A DNA stretch of 47,882 bases from Sphingomonadaceae bacterium (GTDB lineage Bacteria; Chloroflexota; UBA6077), in the NCBI GenBank assembly GCA_050261575.1, contig JBLNDL010000086.1, positions 1 through 47,882 of the forward strand, given 5' to 3'. Position numbers and translations under genes: made by a program. Within the stretch, counting starts at the first letter, position 1, and each line of letters starts with the position of its first letter. This document shows, one piece after another, positions 28,262-37,283 of this stretch. The notes under the pieces were generated by a model. The model was not told the DNA's origin. It was given only the letters and a program-made list of their open reading frames with translations, and did no database searches.

Positions 28262-29601
28262 TGGAACTGCACGAGCTGTCCGTCGTTCAGGCTGCCGAGA
28301 AGATCCGGCAGCGCGAGGTTTCCCCCGTCGAGCTGGTGGAGGCGCTGCTCCGCCGCATCGACGCCCTGGATGGGGACCTGAAGGCCTGGGTGACGGTGGA
28401 CCGAGAGGGGGCCCTCGCGGCCGCGCGCCGGTGCGAGCAGGGGGCGGGAAGCGAGGGGGTAGGTCCGATCCACGGAGTTCCCCTGGGTGTGAAGGACATC
28501 TTCTACACCGCGGGCCTGCGCACCACCAGCGGCTCGTCCATCTTTGAGAGCTTCGTCCCCGACCACGACGCCACCTCGGTGGCGCGCTGCCGCCAGGCTG
28601 GAGCCGTCGTCCTCGGCAAGACGGTGACCGTCCAGTTCGCCCACTTCGACCCGCCTCCCACTCGCAACCCCTGGAACCTGGAGCGAACGCCTGGGGGCTC
28701 CAGCAGCGGGTCCGCCGCCTCGGTCGCCGCCCGCATGGTGCCAGCCGCGCTCGGCAGCCAGACCGGAGGCTCCGTGCTGCGCCCGGCGGCTTACTGTGGC
28801 ATCGTGGGACTCAAGCCCACCTACGGCCGGATCAGTCGCTATGGAGTGGTGCCCAACACTTGGAGCCTGGATCACGTGGGAACCCTGACCCGGAACGTGG
28901 AGGATTCGGCCCTGTTGTTGCAGGTGATGGCAGGCCACGACCCCATGGACGCGGCCTCCGCCCACGTGCCCACATCGGACTACCTGCAGGCCGCCAGGCG
29001 GAAGGATAGGGCGCCCAGACTCGGCTTCCTGGTGGACGAGGAGGAGCGCGCCAAGCCAGAGGTGGCCGCCCACTTGAAGGAGATGGCGGCCAAGTTCGAG
29101 CGGGCCGGCGCGGAGGTGCGGGAGGTGAGGCTTCCGGCGCCGATGTCGCGCATGCTGGCGATTCGCGCCATCCTGTGCGAGGTGGAGGCGGCGAACCTGC
29201 ACGCCCACCTCTTCAGGGAGCACCCGGAGGGCTACGCCAGCAGGATCGCGGACCTCGTGCAGGTAGGCCAGTTGGTGCCCGGCGTGGCCTACATCCATGC
29301 CCAGCGGCTGCGCCGCCAGTTGCGCCCCCAGGTGGAGCGGGTGTTCGACGGGATCGACTGCCTGCTCTCGCCCACCGCGACGGACGTGGCACCCGACCCC
29401 AGCACCACGGGGGAGAACTGGTACCAGGGGGTCTGGTCCCTCTTCGGCTTCCCCTCCATCAGCCTGCCGAGCGGCCTGAGCCAGGAGCGGCTGCCCCTGG
29501 CGGTGCAGCTCATCGCCCTCCCCTTCAGGGAGGACACCCTGCTGAGCGCCGCGGCCTGGGCAGAGGAGGTTCTGGGGCCCATGCCGAGCCCGATAGCGTA
29601 G
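28261..29601 (+). CDS. Amidase signature family enzyme
   Basis: HGVPLGVKD, RNPWN, TPGGSSSGSAA, GSQTGGSVLRPA (Lys-cisSer-Ser triad), GLKPTYG. Confidence 0.93.
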   Translation: MELHELSVVQAAEKIRQREVSPVELVEALLRRIDALDGDLKAWVTVDREGALAAARRCEQGAGSEGVGPIHGVPLGVKDIFYTAGLRTTSGSSIFESFVPDHDATSVARCRQAGAVVLGKTVTVQFAHFDPPPTRNPWNLERTPGGSSSGSAASVAARMVPAALGSQTGGSVLRPAAYCGIVGLKPTYGRISRYGVVPNTWSLDHVGTLTRNVEDSALLLQVMAGHDPMDAASAHVPTSDYLQAARRKDRAPRLGFLVDEEERAKPEVAAHLKEMAAKFERAGAEVREVRLPAPMSRMLAIRAILCEVEAANLHAHLFREHPEGYASRIADLVQVGQLVPGVAYIHAQRLRRQLRPQVERVFDGIDCLLSPTATDVAPDPSTTGENWYQGVWSLFGFPSISLPSGLSQERLPLAVQLIALPFREDTLLSAAAWAEEVLGPMPSPIA

Positions 29602-29663
29602 GAGACGCGGGGACGCGAAGAAGGTGGGACGCGGGGCAATGCAGATCCCATCCCCGCGTCTCC
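29601..29663. terminator. 13-bp inverted repeat between convergent genes
   Basis: GGAGACGCGGGGA (29601-29613) / TCCCCGCGTCTCC (29651-29663), built from GGRGACGC octamers. Confidence 0.55.
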
Positions 29664-29667
29664 GCTT

Positions 29668-30663
29668 CTAACTCGTGATCGGCACCTTGAGCAACACCCT
29701 GGTGCCCCGATCGGAAACCGAGGACACCTCCAGGGTGGCGCCGATCTGCTGGGCGCGTGCCCTCATCCCCGCCAGCCCGAAGTGCTTGGGGTCCAGCCGG
29801 CGCACCTGCTCCGCGTCGAAACCCCGGCCGTTGTCCGCGACCGAGACCTCCAGGTAGCCGTCCCGCTCGGCCGCCAGCACCTCCACAGCGGTGGCCTGGG
29901 CGTGCTTCACCACGTTCTGCAACGCCTCCTGCACGATGCGGAAGACGGCGGTGTCTTGCGGAGGTGGGAGCATCGCCGAGGCGTTCCACTGGACGGCGAT
30001 CTTCATGCCGAAGCGCTCCGCCAGGCGCTGGCAGTGGCTCTCGACGGCCGGCCCCACACCCTGCTGCGCCAGCGCGGGCGGCCTCAGGTCGTACATGAAA
30101 CGCCGCACCTCGCCCACGGCCAGGCGCAGGTCCCGCTGCATCGCGACCAGCTCGTCCTTGGCGCGAGCCGGGTCCTTCGTCGCCAGCTTGGAGACGTACT
30201 CCAACTGGAGCGCCACGTTGGCCAGGATCTGGGCAGGTCCGTCGTGGATCTCGCGGGCCAGCCTGTACCGCTCCTCCTCCTGGGCCTGGATGGCCACCGC
30301 CTCGAGGGAGACCTCGGCGGATTGGTCCGGGAGGGCCAGTAGTCCCTTCTTCCCCTCCATGGCGCCGACCGCGGCGTCGAGGCATTCCATGGCATCGCTC
30401 AGGCGGGCGATGCCCGTGTCGAACTCGGCGGCGATCTGCTGCAACTCCCGAGAGCGGCGAAGCGCCTCCAGCCTGGCGGGCAGCGACTCGCTGCTGCCCG
30501 GGGATTGGGCACGAGAGACGGCCTCCAACTCGGCGAGCGTCTCCCGATACCGGGTCTTGGCCTGGGTGAGGCACTCCTGCATCTCGGCACGCCACGCGTC
30601 GAGCCGACGGCGCACGTCGTTCGTCAACTGATCGGCAGTGGGGAAGAGAGGGCGGTCTTTCAT
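29668..30663 (-). CDS. Soluble HisKA_3 sensor histidine kinase (DegS-like)
   Basis: AQEEERYRLAREIHDGPAQ, LRPPAL, FRIVQEALQNVVKHA, DNGRGF, FGLAGM, GT; coiled-coil N-terminus, no TM helix. Confidence 0.9.
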   Translation of the reverse strand: MKDRPLFPTADQLTNDVRRRLDAWRAEMQECLTQAKTRYRETLAELEAVSRAQSPGSSESLPARLEALRRSRELQQIAAEFDTGIARLSDAMECLDAAVGAMEGKKGLLALPDQSAEVSLEAVAIQAQEEERYRLAREIHDGPAQILANVALQLEYVSKLATKDPARAKDELVAMQRDLRLAVGEVRRFMYDLRPPALAQQGVGPAVESHCQRLAERFGMKIAVQWNASAMLPPPQDTAVFRIVQEALQNVVKHAQATAVEVLAAERDGYLEVSVADNGRGFDAEQVRRLDPKHFGLAGMRARAQQIGATLEVSSVSDRGTRVLLKVPITS

Positions 30664-30669
30664 GGGGGC

Positions 30670-30698
30670 AATTTACCCGGTGTGCTCACCGACGTCAA
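30670..30698 (-). promoter_or_regulatory. Promoter for a leaderless kinase mRNA
   Basis: TTGACG-N17-TAAATT, then GCCCCC directly before ATG 30663. Confidence 0.7.
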
Positions 30699-30897
30699 GC
30701 GATGGATGATACGAGGTGGTAGTTGATGTATAATCCGGAGCGGGCTTCCCATCTTACCCTTCGACAGCCGTTCGGCGTCCGTTCAAGCACCCCGCAGTAG
30801 GTGCTCGTGGAGTAGCGGGTCCAGGGCAGCGCCTAGCAAGGCGTGGGCTATCCCCACCGAACCCACACATTCGTGTCGGGGTGCAGAGGAGTAACCC

Positions 30898-31221
30898 ATG
30901 ATATCCATCGAGGACTTCGCCAAGATAGAGTTGCGCGTCGGTACGGTCATCACCGCGGAGCCGATACCCGGGGCAACCAAGGTCATGAAGCTGGAGATAG
31001 ACATCGGCGATAGGAAGGTCACCACAACCGCCGGGATCGCTCAGTGGTACAAGCCCGAGGAGATGGTGGGCCGCAAGGTCGTGGTGGTGGCCAATCTTCA
31101 ACCCAGGGTCGTCCGGGGCATCGAGTCCCAGGCCATGATCCTGGCAGCTTCAATGGAGGGACACAAGACGGTGCTGGTAACGGTGGCCGAGGAGATCCCA
31201 AACGGCGCCAAGGTCAAGTAG
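30898..31221 (+). CDS. Stand-alone tRNA-binding OB-fold protein (MetG C-terminal/Trbp111/CsaA-like)
   Basis: ISIEDFAKIELRVG, VVVVANLQPR, GIESQAMILAA, PNGAKVK. Confidence 0.9.
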   Translation: MISIEDFAKIELRVGTVITAEPIPGATKVMKLEIDIGDRKVTTTAGIAQWYKPEEMVGRKVVVVANLQPRVVRGIESQAMILAASMEGHKTVLVTVAEEIPNGAKVK

Positions 31222-31272
31222 GGGGCGTATCCCCTGCCACTAACCCCCGATTCTTCTGATAGGTGTAGTTCA

Positions 31273-32016
31273 GTGCCTAGAGTTTCCGTCGTCATCAGGG
31301 CGAAGAACGAGGCCACGTACATCGGCGAGACCTTGGCAGCGGTGCAGGGCCAGCGCTATCGGGATTATGAGGTAATCGTCGTCGATTCTGGATCGACCGA
31401 TCGAACGCCCGAGATCGCCACCGAGTACGGAGCAGAGTTGATCCCCATCGATCCCAAGGAGTTCACCTACGGCCGCGCGCTCAATCTGGGGATAGCCCAC
31501 TCCTCAGGTGAGCTGTTGGTGAGCCTGAGCGCGCACGCCACGCCGGAGACGGACCAATGGCTGGGCAACCTGGTGTCGGGCTTCCGGCACAAGGGCGTGG
31601 CCGGTGTCTACGGCAGACACATCCCCCGCGACAACGCGTCCTTCTTCGAGCTACTGGGAATGCGGCTCTCGGGCGTCACCGCCAAGGAGCCAAGGTACCA
31701 GACCAGCAGCGCCCGCTTCTCGAACGCCAACGGTGCCGTCCGGCGGGACCTCTGGGAGATGCTGCCCTTCGACGAGACGCTGCCGGGCGCCGAGGACATC
31801 TATTGGGCGCGGGAGATGCAGCGGCTGGGGTACGCGATCGTCTTCGAGCCCAAGGCCGCCGTCTTCCACTCCCACGGGGAGCCACTGCCGAGGCTGATCA
31901 GACGCCAGCTCCACGACCAGCCGGTGATCCTTCGCGCCTGGCTGATCGGCATGCTCAGCAGCCAGCCGGAGAAGGCGAAGGCCAAGGTGCGCAGCCGGCA
32001 ATCGGTGGCAAAGTAG
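31273..32016 (+). CDS. Glycosyltransferase family 2 (rhamnosyltransferase-like)
   Basis: VSVVIRAKNE, VVDSGSTDRT, FTYGRALNLG, LSAH, FSNAN, AED, VFHSH. Confidence 0.9.
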   Translation: MPRVSVVIRAKNEATYIGETLAAVQGQRYRDYEVIVVDSGSTDRTPEIATEYGAELIPIDPKEFTYGRALNLGIAHSSGELLVSLSAHATPETDQWLGNLVSGFRHKGVAGVYGRHIPRDNASFFELLGMRLSGVTAKEPRYQTSSARFSNANGAVRRDLWEMLPFDETLPGAEDIYWAREMQRLGYAIVFEPKAAVFHSHGEPLPRLIRRQLHDQPVILRAWLIGMLSSQPEKAKAKVRSRQSVAK

Positions 32017-32237
32017 TACTGACGCGGGACCCTCCCCATCCGGCCGGCGCCCGAGAGCGCTGGGTGCGCCGATCCGCAAGCCCCATGAGGTAGGGCGGGG
32101 GTTCGTCCCCCGCCGCCGGGCGCGTCCGATGGGCCGGGCGGCGGGGCACACGTGACGCGAGCGTGCGCGCGAGGCGAGCGAGCACAGCCTCGCGGCCACG
32201 CCCGCCTTGCAGGGGTCGCACTCGCGGAACGACAGAC

Positions 32238-32795
32238 TCAGGCGGATTCGCGTGCATCCGCGGATGGGTCCTGCCGGGCGCCCTCGGGTGGCAGGGGTGG
32301 CGCCGGAGGGGCGCTGCAGACCACGAAGACTGGCTCCCGGCCCTCCTGGGTCCGCTCCTCGGCGTCTTTCTCGATACCTCTGAAGAACTGACAGCTTCGG
32401 CAGTTGCCCACCGGCACCCACCTCTCCCCGTCGATCTCCAGCGCGAGCGGAGCGACCTGCTCGGGCCAAGCCAGCAGGGGGCACACCACGCCGGGCTCGA
32501 CCCGAGGCGAGGCGCCCTCCACCACTCCGGTCAACAGAGTCGGGAATTCCCTCACCTCGGCGGGCAACCGGCTGTCGCCACCCTGGTGGCTGCACTCCAC
32601 GGCATCGACCAGGTGGAATGGGCTGCCGCGATCGTCGACCGCCTCGTGGGTCTGCAACCCCGCAGCACAGGGACATCGCAGGCAGGTGAACTGGGGGTTC
32701 ACCTGCCGACCGCAGGCAGGGCAGGCGATCTGCGGGATCCCGTGTGGATCCGGCTCCTCGGTATACGGGTCGATGCGGATAGCCTCTATGCGCAT
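32238..32795 (-). CDS. Hypothetical Cys-rich protein with two similar metal-binding modules
   Basis: SD AGGAAGG before ATG 32795; CPAC...CLRCPC...VECS and VCP...CRSC...VVCS. Confidence 0.65.
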   Translation of the reverse strand: MRIEAIRIDPYTEEPDPHGIPQIACPACGRQVNPQFTCLRCPCAAGLQTHEAVDDRGSPFHLVDAVECSHQGGDSRLPAEVREFPTLLTGVVEGASPRVEPGVVCPLLAWPEQVAPLALEIDGERWVPVGNCRSCQFFRGIEKDAEERTQEGREPVFVVCSAPPAPPLPPEGARQDPSADARESA

Positions 32796-32833
32796 GGAGC
32801 GGCCTTCCTGAGTCCTGAGAAGATCATACCCCA

Positions 32834-34507
32834 TCACTCATCACCCATTACTGATCCACTCCCCTTTGGCCTGAACTCCACCTCCAGCCCACCGGGGGAC
32901 AGACGGGTCGCAATACTCCCCAGCCACCGCGCATCGGTCGAGGGGAAATCCTCGCGGAAGTGCGCCCCTCGGCTCTCCCTCCGCTCCAGGGCCGAGAGCA
33001 CCATCGCCTCCGCGGTGAGGGCCATCAGCCGGGTCTCCTCCCGCCTGGCCAGTTCCGCCATAGTCTTGGCGGGGGCCGCCTCGACGGCGGCGAGGCACTC
33101 CCGCACCATGCCCAGGGCGGAGCGGAGGGACGTCTCCGATCGCACTATGGAGGCGCCGTTCCACATCGCCCTCCTAAGCTCCGTCCGAGCGGCCTCCAGC
33201 ATCCCACCGTCACCATTCACCGGCTCTGGCGCCATCGTCGGCACCCGGGGCTCGGGCAACCTGCCACGGCGCCGGGCGTACTCCGCGGCGGCTTTTCCCG
33301 CGATCGCCCCCGTGACTATGGTCTCCATGAGGGCGTTGCCGCTGAGCCTGTTCGCACCATGGAGTCCTCCCACGGCCTCGCCCGCGGCGAAGAGCCCGGG
33401 GACGTCGGTGGAGCATCGCTCGTCGACCCAGGCGCCCCCCATGACGAAGTGAGTGGTAGCGGTGACCAGCAGCCAGTCGCGGGCGGGATCTACCCCCTGC
33501 CTCCTCAAGTCTCGCACCAGCGGCCCGTACTTCGTCTGGAGCACCGACTCCGGCACGGAGGTGCAGTCCATGTACACCTCCCCCTGGATGCCGTTGCCCT
33601 TCTGCAGTTCGTAGAAGATGGCCTGGCACATGACGTCGCGGGTCGCCAGGTCCTCGTGCACCGGGTCGTAGATAGGCATGAAGCGCTCGCCGTGGCGGTT
33701 GCGCAGCACGGCCCCGTCCGCGAAGAGGGGGCTGGCGATGACGGTCTTGAAGGGGTTGTTCATCTGGGAGGGGTAGAACTGGACGAACTCCATATCCCTC
33801 AGGGTGACCCCGGCCAGGAGCAGCAGTCCGTAGGAGTCGCCGGAGATACCCCGAGTGTTGTTGGTGTGGGCGAACACCCGTCCCGCCCCACCGGCGGCAA
33901 CCACCACCGCCCGCGCCCTCACCTGGATGGGCTGCGCCGAGTCCAGGTCCACGGCCAGGGCGCCGCATGCCTCGCCGTCGCTCACCTCCACCCGGAGGAC
34001 CGGCGCGTTTTCCAGGAAGCGCACCCCCAGCCGCTCGGCCCTGGCCCGTAGGGGGAGGCCTATGGAGAGGCCGGCAGCGGACACCGCGAAGGCCGAACCA
34101 TCGGTGGGGATGCCGCGGGGGTAGCTGTGACCGGGAGGCGTCCGGCGAACCAGCTCGCCCTCGGAGCGGAGAAGCCGCACGCCCCACTCCTCGGCCCGCA
34201 GCAGCAGCGGCCCGCCTCGCGTCGTGAAGAGGCGCAGCAGGGTCTCGTCGTTGATCCCCCTGCCCCCGGCCAGCGTATCCTGGAAGTGGGACTCCGGCGA
34301 GTCCTCGCTGCCCGGATAGGGGATCACAGCGGCGAACTGGGTGCCCGCGACTACGGTGTTGCCACTCCGGCCGGCCTTCCCCTTGCAGGCCACCAGGACG
34401 GACGCACCCGCCTCCGCGGCATCGATGGCCGCAGTCAACCCCGCGGCGGCACCGCCGATCACCAGCACGTCGGTTTCCAGGTGCACTGGTCGCTCCGCGA
34501 TCTGCAT
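32834..34507 (-). CDS. SdhA/FrdA/NadB-family flavoprotein (non-covalent FAD type)
   Basis: IGGAAAG, AAGG, DMEFVQFYPS, LATRD, HFVMGG, FAAGE, HGANRLSGNAL, ERRESRGAHFREDFP; SD AGGAGGAG. Confidence 0.9.
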   Translation of the reverse strand: MQIAERPVHLETDVLVIGGAAAGLTAAIDAAEAGASVLVACKGKAGRSGNTVVAGTQFAAVIPYPGSEDSPESHFQDTLAGGRGINDETLLRLFTTRGGPLLLRAEEWGVRLLRSEGELVRRTPPGHSYPRGIPTDGSAFAVSAAGLSIGLPLRARAERLGVRFLENAPVLRVEVSDGEACGALAVDLDSAQPIQVRARAVVVAAGGAGRVFAHTNNTRGISGDSYGLLLLAGVTLRDMEFVQFYPSQMNNPFKTVIASPLFADGAVLRNRHGERFMPIYDPVHEDLATRDVMCQAIFYELQKGNGIQGEVYMDCTSVPESVLQTKYGPLVRDLRRQGVDPARDWLLVTATTHFVMGGAWVDERCSTDVPGLFAAGEAVGGLHGANRLSGNALMETIVTGAIAGKAAAEYARRRGRLPEPRVPTMAPEPVNGDGGMLEAARTELRRAMWNGASIVRSETSLRSALGMVRECLAAVEAAPAKTMAELARREETRLMALTAEAMVLSALERRESRGAHFREDFPSTDARWLGSIATRLSPGGLEVEFRPKGSGSVMGDE

Positions 34508-34540
34508 TGACACTCCTCCTCTATGTGAAAAAGGGGCCAA

Positions 34541-34590
34541 GAGTGCTGGGTGCCGGGTGCTGGAGTCGAGGCACTCAGCCCTCTGCCCCC
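34541..34590. repeat. Heptamer-tandem palindrome
   Basis: GAGTGCT GGGTGCC GGGTGCT facing GGCACTC AGCCCTC TGCCCCC; overlaps the methyltransferase stop codon. Confidence 0.65.
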
Positions 34591-35510
34591 GATTCGTTCT
34601 CGGTGCAGGGCCGTCCCGGTCTCCGCATCCCCGCCCCCTTCGCGGTGGGACGCTGCAGGATCACGATGTGCTGGTGGACGATGTTGGGAACGTAGCCGTA
34701 GGGGTATCCGTAGGGACGAAGCCGAGTTCCGGCCTGGTACCACACCTTCTCCCCCTTCGGCACGAACCCGGCGGCCTTGGCCCGCCGCGCCAGGTCGGCG
34801 TGGGTGAAGATGTACTCCCCCTTCTGGTAGGCGTTGCGGACGATCACCGCCATGTAGCGCCCCGCCTTGAGCACCCGTCGGCACTGCACGAACACCCGCT
34901 CCATCGCATCCAGATAGGACTCGTAGCTATCCAGGTTCGCCAGGTCGCGAGGGTCGTCGGAGCGCATGTCGTAGTCTGTCCGGCGGTTGGCGAACACCTC
35001 GTCGTAGCGGCCGTCGCACATGGTCCGCTCCAGGTGGAGGTTGTAGGGTGGATCGGTGGCGATGAAGTCGAAGGACTCATTCTCCAACCGCGCCAGCTCC
35101 GCCAGGCTGTCCCCTTGGATCACAGGGTAGCCCTCCAGCGCGCCCTGGGACTGCTCCACCACCCGCCGGTAGACCTCTATCCAGCGCCCGTTGATCTCGA
35201 TGCCGGTGCACTCCCTCGGCGGACAGCAGAGGGCCGCCCCGATCAGCGTGCCACCGACCCCGGCGAAGGGGTCCAGCACCCGCTCGCCCGCCTTGGTGAA
35301 GAACTCGATCAGCAGCTTCATCAACTGCGGCGGCTTGTTGGCGCCATGGGCCTTGCGGAGGGCGTGGCCGTGCTCCGAGGGAAAGGCGGTGGTGATCACC
35401 GACTTGGTGAAGTAGAGCCACTCCTCCCCCGAGAGGTCGTTCAGCCGGTTCCTAGGATGTGGCGCCCGTTTTCCCCAGCCAGAGGGGCCGGGGGCAGAAT
35501 CATCAGTCAT
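34575..35510 (-). CDS. Orphan amino (N4-C/N6-A) DNA methyltransferase-like protein
   Basis: HGANKPP, VLDPFAGVGGT (motif I), GIEIN, TDPPY (motif IV), RVLKAGRY. Confidence 0.8.
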   Translation of the reverse strand: MTDDSAPGPSGWGKRAPHPRNRLNDLSGEEWLYFTKSVITTAFPSEHGHALRKAHGANKPPQLMKLLIEFFTKAGERVLDPFAGVGGTLIGAALCCPPRECTGIEINGRWIEVYRRVVEQSQGALEGYPVIQGDSLAELARLENESFDFIATDPPYNLHLERTMCDGRYDEVFANRRTDYDMRSDDPRDLANLDSYESYLDAMERVFVQCRRVLKAGRYMAVIVRNAYQKGEYIFTHADLARRAKAAGFVPKGEKVWYQAGTRLRPYGYPYGYVPNIVHQHIVILQRPTAKGAGMRRPGRPCTENESGAEG

Positions 35511-35623
35511 CGTTCTTGAACTCGCCCAGTGGAAGCTCCAGTGCCGGCGCGAACTCGCCACGGAGACATGGAGAGCGAGCACCTGCTCTGCGCCTCCGTG
35601 TCTCCGCGGTTGGACCACTCCCC

Positions 35624-36439
35624 CTACTCTACGAACAGGGCTGTGACCGATCCCAATCGGTCGAAGGTGGCCTTGTAGAACTCGCCCGGGTGGACATCCG
35701 GAGCCACCACCATGGCCCCGGGCAGCACGACGTCGCCGGCCTTGATCCGCAGATCGTATTCGCCCAGCTTGTTCGCGAGCCAGGCCACGACGTCCACCGG
35801 ATTGCCCATGACGGCGGCACCGGCACCGGTCGAGAGCACCTGGCCGTTCCTCTCCAGCACCACCCCCAGCAGCCGCAGATCGAGTCCGTCGACTGGGGTG
35901 ATGACACCCCCCAACACAACCCGCGACGCGAAGGCGTTGTCCGCGGCGATGTCGGGCGCCGCGAACTTCCAGTCGAGGATGCGAGCAGCCGGAATCTCCA
36001 GGGCAGGCATTACCCCCGCCGTGGCGGCCAGCACGTGGGCCGCCGTGACGCCGGGGCCGGCAAGATCACTCCTCATCACGAAGGCGATCTCAGGCTCGAT
36101 CTTCGGTTGCGTCAGGCCAGCACAACTGATCGGCTCACCCTCCCGCACGACCATGTCGCTCATCAGGTGGCCGAAGACCGGCGTGTCCACGTTGAGCGCC
36201 CTCTGCACGGCGGGATTGGTGAGGGCAACCTTCTTGCCCACCAGCACCCGGTCCTCACCGTGGCGAAGCCGGATCAGCGCCAACTGGATGGCATACGCCT
36301 CATCCATGGACAGAGATGAATGCACTTGCACGATCTGAGGTATCTGCCGCCTCGACACTTCGGCATCGTACAGCCGCCGGGCGATCTCGTCGACTTGCTG
36401 CTGAGTAAGCACCTGTTCCTCCTGCGCCGTTGGGGCCAA
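35624..36439 (-). CDS. 2-keto-4-pentenoate hydratase/4-oxalocrotonate decarboxylase family (FAA hydrolase)
   Basis: AYAIQ, GKKVALT, PKIEPEIAF, ALEI, ADNA, GNP, VAWLANKL. Confidence 0.88.
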   Translation of the reverse strand: MAPTAQEEQVLTQQQVDEIARRLYDAEVSRRQIPQIVQVHSSLSMDEAYAIQLALIRLRHGEDRVLVGKKVALTNPAVQRALNVDTPVFGHLMSDMVVREGEPISCAGLTQPKIEPEIAFVMRSDLAGPGVTAAHVLAATAGVMPALEIPAARILDWKFAAPDIAADNAFASRVVLGGVITPVDGLDLRLLGVVLERNGQVLSTGAGAAVMGNPVDVVAWLANKLGEYDLRIKAGDVVLPGAMVVAPDVHPGEFYKATFDRLGSVTALFVE

Positions 36440-36446
36440 GACGGGA

Positions 36447-37220
36447 TCAGAGCCCCAGCCCGTCCCTGTACTCCTTCAGGTTCTTCTGGATGCCCGCCGT
36501 CAGCAGCCAGATGTCGTTGCACACCGGGATCAGTTGGTAGCCCTGCCTGTAGCGGCGGACGGCCTCCTCCACCGTGCCGGTGTGAATGCCCGCGATCTGC
36601 CCGTGGGCCCTGGCGGTGTCGACCACCTTCTGCACCGCCGCCACGTGGCGCGGATCCTTCACGTCGAACCCGGGCTTCAGCCCCATGGACACCGCCAGAT
36701 CCGTCGGACCCAGATAGTAGCCGTCCAGCCCCGGCAGCTTGGCGATCTCATCGATGCTCTCGATGCCCTCCACGGTCTCCATCATCACCAGGCAGAGCAC
36801 CTCGTCGTTGGCGTGGTCGAAGTAGTCGGTCCCGTTGTACAGCCGGGTTCGATTGGGACCGTTGCTGCGGTAGCCCATCGGCGGGTAGCGGCAGGCTCCG
36901 ATGGCCTTCTTCGCCTCCTCCACGTTGTTGACCATGGGGACGATGACGCCCATGGCCCCAGCATCCAGCACCCACTGGATGTATGCGGGCTCGTTCCAGG
37001 GAACCCGCACGATCGGGGTGGTGTCAGACTGCCCAACGATCTGGAGCCAGACGGCGGCCCGATCTGGGCCAATGGCCATGCCGTGCTGCATGTCCAGCAC
37101 CAGGCAGTCGAAGCCGGACCGGGCCATCACCTCGGTGGTGTAGGGATCGGGGGTGCTGCACCAGCCAGTGACGATCGGCTTGCCGGCTCGCCATAGCTGC
37201 TTTACCTTGTTCGGTCGCAT
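36447..37220 (-). CDS. HpcH/HpaI class II aldolase family protein
   Basis: LDMQHG, VRVPWN, LDAGAMGVIVPMV, YPPMGYRS, MMET, GPTDL. Confidence 0.92.
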   Translation of the reverse strand: MRPNKVKQLWRAGKPIVTGWCSTPDPYTTEVMARSGFDCLVLDMQHGMAIGPDRAAVWLQIVGQSDTTPIVRVPWNEPAYIQWVLDAGAMGVIVPMVNNVEEAKKAIGACRYPPMGYRSNGPNRTRLYNGTDYFDHANDEVLCLVMMETVEGIESIDEIAKLPGLDGYYLGPTDLAVSMGLKPGFDVKDPRHVAAVQKVVDTARAHGQIAGIHTGTVEEAVRRYRQGYQLIPVCNDIWLLTAGIQKNLKEYRDGLGL

Positions 37221-37283
37221 GACTCTCTCCTCTTCAGCGATTGAGACGGCGGACAGATAAGGTGACCTGGCAACGCGGCGTGC

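Noticed and set aside
28261..29601. gatA/gatC assignment
   Set aside because: No gatB; nucleophile region reads GSQTGGS and the context is catabolic, so kept as a generic amidase
34575..35510. Restriction-modification or defence island
   Set aside because: No nuclease, specificity subunit or other defence gene nearby; the neighbours are metabolic
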